Assembly (NCBI GenBank): GCA_963662265.2
Contig: CAXXHA010000034.1
Span: 1-39,188, forward strand
DNA length: 39,188 nt
Direction: 5' to 3'
Source: Spirochaetia bacterium
Lineage (GTDB): Bacteria; Spirochaetota; Spirochaetia; CADAEX01
The position numbers and the translations under genes were made by a program. The notes under the pieces are model-generated. The model saw only the letters and a program-made list of their open reading frames with translations. It was not told the DNA's origin and did not search any database. Below, piece by piece: positions 1 to 9,282 of this stretch (the stretch's first letter is position 1; every line of letters starts with the position of its first letter).

Positions 1-602
1 CATCCTGGAATGAGAAGCTATGACTTTTTTCTGCTGAATAAGAACACCGGGAACATCTGTCATCCCGTCTTTGGGAGAAAATCCCCACCCGCCGAAAAAT
101 GCCATATCAAGTTCCCATTTGAAAAAGTCTTTTCAATATCACTGTCTATACAGAAAGGGTTTCCTTTTTAATCCCCCCGCCTATAATAACAACATTACAG
201 AAAGGGGCTTTCCGAGGTTATAGGCTATATCAATGCTGTTTGTAATGACTGTCAGATTTTTAATATCTGCAAGGAAAGAACACATCTCAACAGTTGTTGT
301 ACTGGCGCCTATGAATATGATATCGCCGGATGAAACAAGAGATGCAGCTTTTTCCCCTATTTCAATCTTCCTGTCAAGATTCTTCACTTTTCTTTTTTCA
401 AATGCTACATGGTTGACATCTCCTCACTTGAGATAGCACCGCCATGAGTCCTTAAAACCTTTCCCTCTGTTTCAAGCTGCTTGAGATCCTTTCTGATAGT
501 TACAAGTGATATACTGAATGCTTCAGATAGCTCTCTCACAGTAACTCTGCCGTTTGCTGAGATCATTTCGAGAATACTGTTAAGCCTTTCCTGCTGAAAC
601 AC
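1..602 (-). CDS. DeoR/GlpR-family transcriptional regulator (several frameshifts; 3' end runs off the window)
   Basis: The N-terminal HTH 'VTVRELSEAFSISLVTIRKDLKQLETEGKVLRTHGGA' is in ORF 405-602. The sensor domain 'GDIIFIGASTTT...LTVITNSIDIA' is in ORF 181-387, and 'LDMAFFGGWGFSPKDGMTD' continues in another frame toward base 1. Confidence 0.88.
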
Positions 603-626
603 GATTCTTTATTATCCATAATTCCG

Positions 627-655
627 ATTTTATTGCTGTTGAAGTTTATTGTCAA
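627..655 (-). promoter_or_regulatory. sigma70-type promoter of the DeoR regulator
   Basis: The minus strand reads TTGACA-N17-TAAAAT about 25 bp upstream of the GTG start. Confidence 0.7.
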
Positions 656-718
656 ACATTCAATTAATAATTAAAGGCAGCATATTTCAGCCGCCTGAAT
701 ATAAACACAGCTTTTAAC

Positions 719-1437
719 CTACCCCTTATAAGGAGGAATCATGCCTATTTCACGGAGCATATCAATCCCCTCTATAATCTCAGGCGCCGCCCTGGTACCA
801 ATAAGCTCTGCTCCTGCAATAATAAATGCAAACGCATTCTGTGGTCTTGGAAATTTCACACCGGAGACTTTGAGCCGCACATCAGATCCCTTAAGAGCCT
901 CTTTCATTACCAGGAACTGCTCCATACTCGGACCATCAAACTGCCCGGAAGAAGTTTTTGCATAATCAAGCCCAGCTTCAGCTACAAGCTTGCTTGCTGC
1001 TGCAATCTCCTCGTCTGTAAGAAAACACACCTCAAGAATCACCTTTGTAAGTGCACCGGAAGCAGCCTTTTTGAATTCTTCAAGCTCTTCCTTTACGACA
1101 TCATACCTTTTGTCTTTTAAAGCCCGATATTCATAACTATATCAACAGCTGTACACCCTTTTTTAACAGCATCCTCTGTTTTCAAAAGCTTTAACAGAAG
1201 CAGGAGCAGAACCAAAGGGGAATGAAATACCTACAGCGGGCGGATATCTGTCCCTTTCAGCTCTTCAGCAACCACCGGTGTCCAGTATGGAGATGATGAA
1301 TAAAAAGCAGCACAGTTGTATTTTACTGCTATTCTGCACCCCTCCCTGATATCTTTTTCCTGTGTATTCTTCGGCAATATTGAGTAGTCAAATAATTTGC
1401 CTGCATTCTGTTTGTTCAGTTTTGTTAAGTCGATCAT
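719..1437 (-). CDS. deoC: deoxyribose-phosphate aldolase (DeoC)-like class I aldolase, divergent; about 3 frameshifts
   Basis: Joined frames give 'GISFPFG...KAFETEDAVKKG...DIVMNIG...KVILEVCFLT...YAKTSSG...LKVSG...GAELIGT'. These match the DeoC catalytic Asp, the Schiff-base Lys and the second Lys motifs. Confidence 0.8.
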
Positions 1438-1452
1438 TATATATATCCTTTA

Positions 1453-3000
1453 TTATTTATTTAATTCAGAAAGTTTTCTGTACAGTCCTGTATGATTCAT
1501 AGCCTCATAGGCAGATGTGTAAACCTCATAAACTTTCCGGTATACTGCAGCTGTTTCAGGATCAGGTTTGATTGTATCAATGTAATGTAACCATTTTATC
1601 CATCCCCTTCCCTGCATCAGAAAATTTATCAACACCTACACCGGCAAGTATTGCAGCCCCCACAATTGTTGCATCCTCAACTTCAAGCTGTTTCACCTCA
1701 ACATTGAACATGTCAGCAATCATCTGCCTCCAGGCAGGAGACTTTGTTGCTCCACCTGTAATTGCAAGAGACCTTTATTTCGATGTTGTTTTCCTTCATC
1801 TTCTCATACATATCCTTGCTTTCAAGGGTAATCCCCTCCATGACAGAACGGATCATATCGCTTTTTGTATTTGAAAACTTTATTCCCATAAACGATCCCT
1901 TTGCCTCGGAGTTCCAGTAGGGATATCCGGAACCTATCAGAAACGGCATAAACATAACACCGTTTGAACCGGGAGCGCTGTTGTTTATATGTTCCTCCAT
2001 AATCACATAAGGGTCTTTTCCTCTTTACCCCCATGTTCTTTTTCAAGATCAGCCATGGTATCTCTGCACCACCTGTAACTGCTTGCAGCTCCAAGCTGAA
2101 TACCTTCAACCTCATACATGCCGAGTATTCTGATGAAGGGACCATCATGAAACCTGACTTATCCTCAAGCACCGGCTTCTCTGTTCCGACAACAAGAAAG
2201 ACCTGCAGTGCCAAGAGTAAGGGATGCATAAACTGGTTCACTTACACCGGCGCCTACCGCAGCACACTGCTGGTCACCTGTTCCTGTAACAAGGGGTGTT
2301 CCCTCTTTGAGGCCTGTTAAAACTGCCGCTTCGGCAGAAACTGAGCCTATTACAGTTGCCGGATCAACAAGTTTCCCCAGTTTTTCCTTTTCTATACCAA
2401 ATGTATCAAGTACCCTGTCAGACCACGAAAGTGTATTTACATCAATCATTCCTGAACAGCATGCATTGGTCCTTTCACAAAAGAAATCATCTGTTCCAAT
2501 CTCCACATTACATAATCAGATGTCAGGAGGATTTTTTTAACCTTTGCGTTTATTTCAGGTTCATTTCTCATACCCAGACTATCTTTTCAAGACTGAATGT
2601 AGGGGTTACAGGCATTCCGGCAATTTTGTAAAGCTCGTCAGCAGGTATTTTTGAATTAATATATTCAATCTCAGAAGCTGCCCTGTTATCCTGCCAGCCG
2701 AAGAAATTCGACCTATTACTTCATTGTCTTTATGCAATAAAAAGAAAAGTAGCTCTCTGGACAGAAAACCCGACCCAGGCAATTTTACTATTATCAATTT
2801 TTCCGCTTTCTATAGCATCTTTACAGGCACCAAAAGTCTGCTGCATCATCATTTCTGCATCCTGCTCAACCCAGTCCTGCCTGGGATAGATGCAGGGATA
2901 CTCTCTGTATCCGCTGCTGATAACATTACCTTCAGTGTCCATAACCATTGCTTTTGTGCCGGTTGTGCCGACATCAATACCTACAAGATAATCAGGACAT
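1453..3000 (-). CDS. FGGY-family carbohydrate kinase (xylulokinase-like); many frameshifts
   Basis: Fragments in successive frames give 'LVGIDVGTTGTKA', 'WVEQD', 'GTGDQQCAAVGAG', 'LTLGTAG', 'PGSNGVMFMPFL', 'RSVMEGITL', 'TGGATKS' and 'PDPETAAVY'. The ATG is at 3000. Confidence 0.85.
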
Positions 3001-3518
3001 TCTGTTTTCGACTCCCATGAATATATTTATAAGGTATTCACATGCAAAAAGTGTAACATTACCAAGTAATATTGCAACCAAAGTTGACAGAAAAAACCTG
3101 GTTCACACCTGTTGGATTAAGAGTAACAGAGTTAAATACAGCAAAAACTGAAGCAGCCCTCCTATAAATCCGCATGGTGTTATTTCAAATGATTTCCACA
3201 CAGCCATCCAGCAGAGAGGCAGGCACACAATAAAAATAGCTGCAGGCATTGCAAAAAGACCGAGAAAAGGGAGAAATCCTGCTATCCATATACCAATATA
3301 TGCCCAGACAGCTCCTGTTATATTCATTGTAAGTGATGCCTTAAAACCATTCACTCCGCCGCCGGCAAGAAATCCGCTTGCCCATGTCAGATACACAACA
3401 AAACTGGGAATCCAGAATCCGATTGAAGGATACATAGTTATCCATGTCCAGAACCCTCCAAGAATTGCAACACTCCATGCAAGAGCATTTTTCTCTCTCC
3501 AATACTGCTTTTTTCCAT
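2992..3518 (-). CDS. DUF1097-family (YcdZ-like) inner-membrane protein; frameshifted near both ends
   Basis: Hydrophobic multi-pass protein with 'SVAILGGFW...W..F...WASGFLAGGG..G...S...NITGAVW...P.GFIG', the pattern typical of DUF1097. RBS AAAGAGGTG precedes the ATG at 3518. Confidence 0.65.
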
Positions 3519-3527
3519 AACACACCT

Positions 3528-3603
3528 CTTTCGTTTTATTTGTTATTAGTTTCGAAAGCTTTCGTTTTATTTATTCTAGTACCGTTTTATTTAATTGTGT
3601 CAA
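3528..3603 (-). promoter_or_regulatory. promoter/operator of the sugar operon (putative DeoR-family operator)
   Basis: CTTTCGTTTTATTT occurs exactly at 3528-3541 and 3559-3572, with a partial copy CGTTTTATTT at 3583-3592 and the palindrome TTTCGAAA between them. The minus strand has TTGACA (3598-3603) and TAGAAT (3573-3578) with a 19 bp spacer. Confidence 0.65.
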
Positions 3604-3666
3604 ATTAATTTTGAGCTTTTCTTCAAAGAAATGGAAAAAAAAGCAATAAATCTGTATAATTCACCC

Positions 3667-3903
3667 ATGAAAATCACTCAGAAATACCTGAAATATCTTT
3701 ATCTCTTTATTATCCTTGGAATAGTCATCGGGTCCCTGTGCTGGGAAATACTTGAAAGGCTTATCTCCCTGACAGGAATAGACATGAACCTCAGCGTCGG
3801 TCCTGTAGGTTTTGATATCTCAGTTCTCTCCGTATACCTGAAAATCAATCCCGGAAGCTTTCTGGGTGCGGCAGGCGGATGGTTTTTTATCAGGAAGGTC
3901 TGA
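3667..3903 (+). CDS. small membrane protein, DUF4321-like
   Basis: 78 aa with two hydrophobic segments and the pattern 'FIILGIVIGSLCWEIL...GFDISVLSVYLKINPGSFLG'. TATAAT lies 6 nt before the ATG. Confidence 0.6.
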   Translation: MKITQKYLKYLYLFIILGIVIGSLCWEILERLISLTGIDMNLSVGPVGFDISVLSVYLKINPGSFLGAAGGWFFIRKV

Positions 3904-3913
3904 TTGCAACAGC

Positions 3914-4132
3914 ACTTCATCAGCATAAAAAACATATGATTGAGAAGTACGAACTTCATCAGCCCTGCAGAATAAGCCTGATTTACACAGTCAGGTATCG
4001 CCATAAAAATATAACTGAGATACATCATGGCATCAGCATGAAGAACAAGCATGTTTTGCACAGTCAGGTATCAGCTATAAAGAATATACCTAAGATGCAT
4101 TATGCATGGAGAATAAGCCTGCTATGCAGCAC
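3914..4132. repeat. degenerate tandem repeat, ~37 bp units in an alternating ~73 bp dimer
   Basis: ATCAGC-like anchors at 3919, 3958, 3997, 4032 and 4070. Exact CACAGTCAGGTATC at 3986 and 4059. Exact AGAATAAGCCTG at 3969 and 4110. Confidence 0.7.
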
Positions 4133-4218
4133 TGCAGAAAACTCATGGAAACATTAAAAAAACATATAAGACTATCAGCATTCCGGCTGAAGACCCTGGA
4201 GAAATATTGAAATGAACA

Positions 4219-4807
4219 ATGAAAAAACCAGTAATAATACTTGCATCAAAATCACCCAGGACGGCAGGAAATAATAAAAAGGCTGGATATCCCCTATACA
4301 GTTAAACCCATGTCATATAGACGAATCTGTAGATCATAACAATATAGATGCAGTACTTGAGCTTGCCGAAAAAAAAACTTGACCATGCAGTACTTGAAAA
4401 CACAGAATCAGCTGAAAACTGGATTTTCGCAGCCGATACGCTTGTTTTTTTCAGAAAACAGGCTGCTGGGACAGCCGGCAACAGAAGAGGAAGCATTCAG
4501 ACACATAAAACTGCTTTCAGGAAAAGAAACACCAGGTTTGCAACCGGTCTTGCACTCTACAAGCAGGGAAAAAGACAGAAAATACATTGACAGGGATATT
4601 ACAGATGTAATATTTCCTGAACTTTCAGATAATATTATTGAATGGTATATATCCACAGGTGAATGGAAGGGAGCAGCAGGCGGATACAGAATACAGGAAA
4701 AAGGGGGATGCCTTACAGAAAGAATTGAAGGCTCATATACCAATGTGATGGGCTTGCCAATAAGGCGTTTTTTCTGTATGATGCTTGACGCAAGGGGTAT
4801 CCTGTAA
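4219..4807 (+). CDS. maf: Maf-family nucleoside triphosphate pyrophosphatase; frameshifted
   Basis: 'MKKPVIILASKSPR..EII', then 'WIFAADTLV', 'LLSGK', and 'EWKGAAGGYRIQEKG...IEGSYTNVMGLP', spread across three frames. Confidence 0.88.
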
Positions 4808-5030
4808 AAAATTAATATTCCACCATTATGATATTTATCCTGATGCAGTAAAGAAGCAGAAGTATTCAATATTCTGCAAATTTCATTACCGGGGATGGAG
4901 AATATTCAGAAGGATGAGAAAAAGAGACGGAAAGCGTATTTTTAAGGGGAATCATAAGCAATACTCAGCCTTATGAATCTACTCGGGCAGAATAAGCCGA
5001 CTTAACTATAACGCTTTCAGGAGGGAAACA

Positions 5031-5973
5031 TTGGCAGTAGTTTACAATGAAAAATCTGCTTGAATCTGGTGTTCATTTCGGTCACCAGACAAAAAGATGG
5101 GATCCGAGAATGAAGAAATTCATCTTCGCAGAAAGAAACGGAATCCACATCATCGACTTACAGAAAACAATCGTAGCAATCAAAGAAGCTTACGAAGAAG
5201 TAAGAAAAACAGTTCACGAAGGCAAATCAGTCCTCTTTATCGGAACAAAGAAACAGGCTCAGATGGCTGTAGAAAAAGAGGCAAAAAGATGCGGCATGTT
5301 TTACGTCAACAACAGATGGCTTGGCGGTATGCTCACAAACTTTTCAACAATCAAAAAATCAATCATGAGACTCAAAAAAATTGAGAAAATGGAAGTTGAC
5401 GGAACTTTCGAAAGCCTCACAAAAAAAGAAGTCTCTAAACTTGTTAAAGAAAAAGCAAAACTTGAAAAGAACCTCGGCGGAATCAAAGACATGAAAGATC
5501 TTCCGGGAATTATTTTCATTATTGATACAAAAAGCGAAGCAATTGCTGTTGCTGAAGCTAGAAGATGCGGTATTCCTATAGTTGCAGTTGTAGATACAAA
5601 CTGTAACCCCGAAGGTATCGACTTCCCTATCCCCGGTAATGATGATGCAATCAGAGCTATCTCACTCTTTACTCAGACAATTGCAAATGCTGTTATTGAA
5701 GCTGACAACGAAATCGGACTTCAGGTTATTGAAAACCTCCAGGATGAAGAAGAAGCAGAAGCAGAAACTACAGAAAACGCGGCAGAAGAAGCTGTAGAAA
5801 CTGTATCTCTTGCTGCTGCAATCGGAAATGATGATGAAGCTGATAATGAAAAATTCACAGCTGAAGATTATTCAGACTATGTACCTGAAGAAAAAACTGC
5901 CGAAGCTGAAGCTGAAGCTGAACCGGAAGCAGAAGAAGAAATTGTAGACGCAGATAAATATTACGAAGACTAG
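5031..5973 (+). CDS. rpsB: 30S ribosomal protein S2 with a long acidic C-terminal tail
   Basis: Motifs '[19 protein letters not shown]', '[12 protein letters not shown]' and '[11 protein letters not shown]'. The SD AGGAGG precedes TTG 5031, and removing one T at 5040-5043 gives M-A-V-V-T-M-K-N. The uninterrupted ORF starts at ATG 5047. Confidence 0.98.
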
Positions 5974-5982
5974 GAGCTGATT

Positions 5983-6825
5983 GTGGAAATTAAACCAATT
6001 GATGTAAAAAAACTCAGAGAACAGACTGGCGCAGGTATGCTTGACTGCAAAAACGCGCTTAAAGAAGCTGAAGGCAATATTGCTAAAGCTGTAAAACTTC
6101 TCAAGGAAAAAGGTCTTGCTGCTGCAGCTAAAAGAAGCGCAAGAGCAACAGAAGAAGGTAAAATCTTCACAAAAATAACAGATGGAAAAGCTGTAATTAT
6201 TGAACTTTCCTGCGAAACAGACTTTGTTGCAAGAAATGAGAATTTTATAAACCTTGGAAACAGCCTTACAGATGCTGTAATCTCAACAGGCGCAACAGAT
6301 GTGACAGAAGATCTCAAGCTTATAGTAAAAGAAGCTATCGGCACACTCAAGGAAAACATGGAACTCAAGAGAGTAAAGGTTCTTGATATTGCTGATGATG
6401 AATATGTAATTGATTATATTCACGGTGTGGGAAACATCGGAGCTCTTATCAAACTCAAAGCAGACAGCAAAGATGCTTTTGCAAATGATGCTGTTAAGGA
6501 ATTTGCTTTTGATTCTGCTCTTCATGTTGCTGCATTCAACCCTGTTGCACTTTCTGCAGAAACAGTTGATCCTGCATATATCAAAGAACAGGAAGATATT
6601 TTTACAAAACAGGCAGAAAGCCTTGATAAACCTGACAATGTAAAACAGGGAATCATCAAAGGCAAACTCAACAAACATCTTTCAGAAATCTGCTTCCTGA
6701 ATCAGCCTTTTGTTAAGGATGACAAGAAGAGAGTATCTCAGGTTCTTGCTGATACAGCTAAGGCTGCAGGCGCAAAACTTGATATTGCTGAATATGTTTA
6801 TTTCAGAGTTGGTGAATCTGCATAA
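5983..6825 (+). CDS. tsf: translation elongation factor Ts
   Basis: 'VKKLREQTGAGMLDCKNAL', 'ELSCETDFVARN' and 'LNQPFVKD'; directly follows rpsB. Confidence 0.98.
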   Translation: MEIKPIDVKKLREQTGAGMLDCKNALKEAEGNIAKAVKLLKEKGLAAAAKRSARATEEGKIFTKITDGKAVIIELSCETDFVARNENFINLGNSLTDAVISTGATDVTEDLKLIVKEAIGTLKENMELKRVKVLDIADDEYVIDYIHGVGNIGALIKLKADSKDAFANDAVKEFAFDSALHVAAFNPVALSAETVDPAYIKEQEDIFTKQAESLDKPDNVKQGIIKGKLNKHLSEICFLNQPFVKDDKKRVSQVLADTAKAAGAKLDIAEYVYFRVGESA

Positions 6826-6836
6826 CATAATTCAAG

Positions 6837-6876
6837 ATACAGCCGTCTGTCGAATGACAGGCGGCTGTATTTTTTT
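6837..6876 (+). terminator. rho-independent terminator after tsf
   Basis: 15 bp stem ATACAGCCGTCTGTC / GACAGGCGGCTGTAT with a GAAT loop, followed by a T run. Confidence 0.9.
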
Positions 6877-7156
6877 ATTCCATATAACGGAAAACTTATT
6901 AAACTGCAGTTATGACCGACATAATTAATTCCCTGTATTATTGCAAAGCTGCCCAGTTCATCACTTCCAATGCAACACCAGCAATTTTCACTATAATATC
7001 GGGGAAAATCAGATTTTCAGTTTTTTTCACCGGAAATAATATAATTTGATAAATTAAATTTATTTCAGAGTGTCCATAAAAACTGTAAATATGTTATATT
7101 TTTAAATAAAATATTTAATTTCAAAGCCGACTGCTTGAAAAGGAGACATTTTAAAA

Positions 7157-7711
7157 ATGGATGAAATCAAATCAAAAGCAGAAAGTAAAATGAAGAAAAG
7201 CCTTGCTGCACTGAATGACGAGTTCAGCGCTATCAGAACCGGCAGAGCTTCTGCTTCATTATTCGACAAAATCAATGTGGATTATTTCGGAACAGCAACA
7301 CCTTTAAACCAGGTTGCTACTATATCTATCCCTGAAGCAAGACTCGTTGTTATTCAGCCATGGGACAGAAATATAATAGGGGAAATAGAAAAAGCTATTC
7401 AGAAATCAGAGCTTTCACTCAACCCCAGCAATGACGGGAAAATTATCAGAATCGCAATTCCGCCTCTTACAGAGGAAAGAAGAAAAGAACTTGTCAAGAT
7501 GGCTAAGAGCACAGCTGAAAACAGCAAAGTAGCTATCAGAAACATCAGACGTGATGCAAATGATGAACTCAAGAAGAAACAGAAAAAAAGTGAAATCACA
7601 GAAGATGACGAGAAACAGGGAATTGATGATATTCAGAAAATAACAGACAAATATGTTGCAGAAATCACAAAATCCCTTGAAGCAAAAGAAAAGGAAATAA
7701 TGGAAATCTAA
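7157..7711 (+). CDS. frr: ribosome recycling factor
   Basis: 'IRTGRAS', 'LNPSNDG', '[13 protein letters not shown]', 'IRNIRRDAN' and 'KEKEIMEI'. Confidence 0.98.
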   Translation: MDEIKSKAESKMKKSLAALNDEFSAIRTGRASASLFDKINVDYFGTATPLNQVATISIPEARLVVIQPWDRNIIGEIEKAIQKSELSLNPSNDGKIIRIAIPPLTEERRKELVKMAKSTAENSKVAIRNIRRDANDELKKKQKKSEITEDDEKQGIDDIQKITDKYVAEITKSLEAKEKEIMEI

Positions 7712-8434
7712 TGCCTGAAAAATCTATTCCGCAGCATATCGGTATAATTATGGATGGCAACGGCCGCTGGGCCCAGAACCTCGGGAAACCCAGAAGTTTC
7801 GGGCACAGAGAAGGCCTTGAAGCTGCAAAAAGAATAACAAAAGCTGCTTCTGAACTGGGTGTACAATATATAACACTCTACGTATTTTCCACAGAAAACT
7901 GGAAACGGGCAGAAGCAGAAGTTTCGTTTCTGATGCAGCTTCTGAAATATCACCTTAAAAAAGAATTTGATTTTTACAGAGAAAATCAGACAAGAGTACT
8001 TCATTCCGGCGACATCACCACCCTGCCTGAACAGGTAAGAAAGGAAATAAAATCTGTGGTGCATGACACAGCTGATTTCAAGGGGTTAACTGTAAACCTT
8101 GCAATTAACTATGGCGGAAGGGATGAAATAATCAGGGCTGCCAACAGGTGGCTCAGAGAAAACAGATCCTCTGATACTCCCATTACAGAAGAATCACTTA
8201 TCTCATTCATGGACCAGCCGGGAGTTCCCGATCCTGATCTTATAATAAGAACTGCAGGGGAAAAAAGGCTGAGTAATTTCCTTTTATGGGAGAGCGCATA
8301 CAGCGAATACTATTTTTCAGATAAATTCTGGCCTGAATGGACCAAAAACAGAACTTGAAGAAGCAATTAAAGAATACATGAAACGTGACCGAAAATTCGG
8401 TACTGTACCACAGGAGAAAAAACTTGATGAGTAA
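7711..8434 (+). CDS. uppS: undecaprenyl diphosphate synthase; one extra A near 8344-8348
   Basis: 'HIGIIMDGNGRW', 'FSTENWKR', 'NYGGRDEI' and 'RTAGEKRLSNFLLW'. Removing one A restores the conserved tail 'ELEEAIKEYMKRDRKFG...' to TAA 8434. Confidence 0.95.
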
Positions 8435-9273
8435 CTTAGTACGAAGAATATTACTGATTTTCACAGTAGTTCCTTTTCTGTTTGCTGTTATACTTTTTCT
8501 CCCCCACTATCATTACCTGGGAATCAGCCTTGTTATCACAGCATTTATAGCTTCCGGGAACATTTGAAACATGGAAACTTTTTCACGGCAAAAGGAATAA
8601 AACAGATACAGCATTTATCTGGATTGTTGCATTCTCAATACCGGCTGCTTTCTATTTTCTGAAAGCAGGTGTGCTTTCAGACCGGATTGTCGGCAATTAT
8701 ATCGGTATTCTTATTTTCCTTGCACTCTCCTACCAGATATTTACCCGTGATGAAAAATCATTTAAAGATATAAACAGAAAAACTTCTGCAGCACTGATGA
8801 TAATACTTTATCCGGGAGTTTTTTTTGCACATGCCATGCTTTTTTCAACACTTAAAAATCCGGCATTCTCAATCATTTTTTTCATGATTACAATATTTGC
8901 AAATGATATTCTTGCATACTGTACAGGCATGTTATGGGGCAAGAATTCGAGAAAAGTAATTCCTATAAGCCCTAACAAGAGTCTTGTAGGATTTATCGGA
9001 GGATTCTGCGGATCATTAATTTCAGCCTCTTTCTTCTATTTCATTAAACCAGGCTATTTCAACAACAGCATCGCAAATATCTTCATAATAGGCTCAATTA
9101 TGGCAGTATTCACAATTGTAGGCGACTTAATAGAATCTGCAATGAAAAGATCTGCACAGATCAAGGATTCAGGGAATGCTCTTCCGGGACGTGGAGGAAT
9201 TCTCGACAATATTGATTCTATTATTTTCAGCGCTCCTGCTTTTTATTATATTATGCTTATCCTTCAATCATAG
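8427..9273 (+). CDS. cdsA: phosphatidate cytidylyltransferase; one extra G near 8556-8558
   Basis: 'NDILAY..G', 'ISPNKS..GFIGG' and 'GDLIESAMKR...KDSG...PGRGGILD..DS'. The N-terminal part from ATG 8427 joins the 8671 frame after removing one G. Confidence 0.93.
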
Positions 9274-9282
9274 GTTAACAAA

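Noticed and set aside
3914-4132. CRISPR array
   Set aside because: The units are degenerate and contiguous with no unique spacers, and there are no cas genes. Kept only as a minisatellite.
3699-4157. ORFs 3699-4061 (-) and 3879-4157 (+) as real genes
   Set aside because: They overlap the DUF4321 gene and the repeat, with no recognisable motif or RBS.
5031-8600. Programmed ribosomal frameshifting or pseudogenisation in rpsB, uppS and cdsA
   Set aside because: There are no slippery heptamers with stimulators, the genes are essential, and the indels follow a positional gradient typical of sequencing error.
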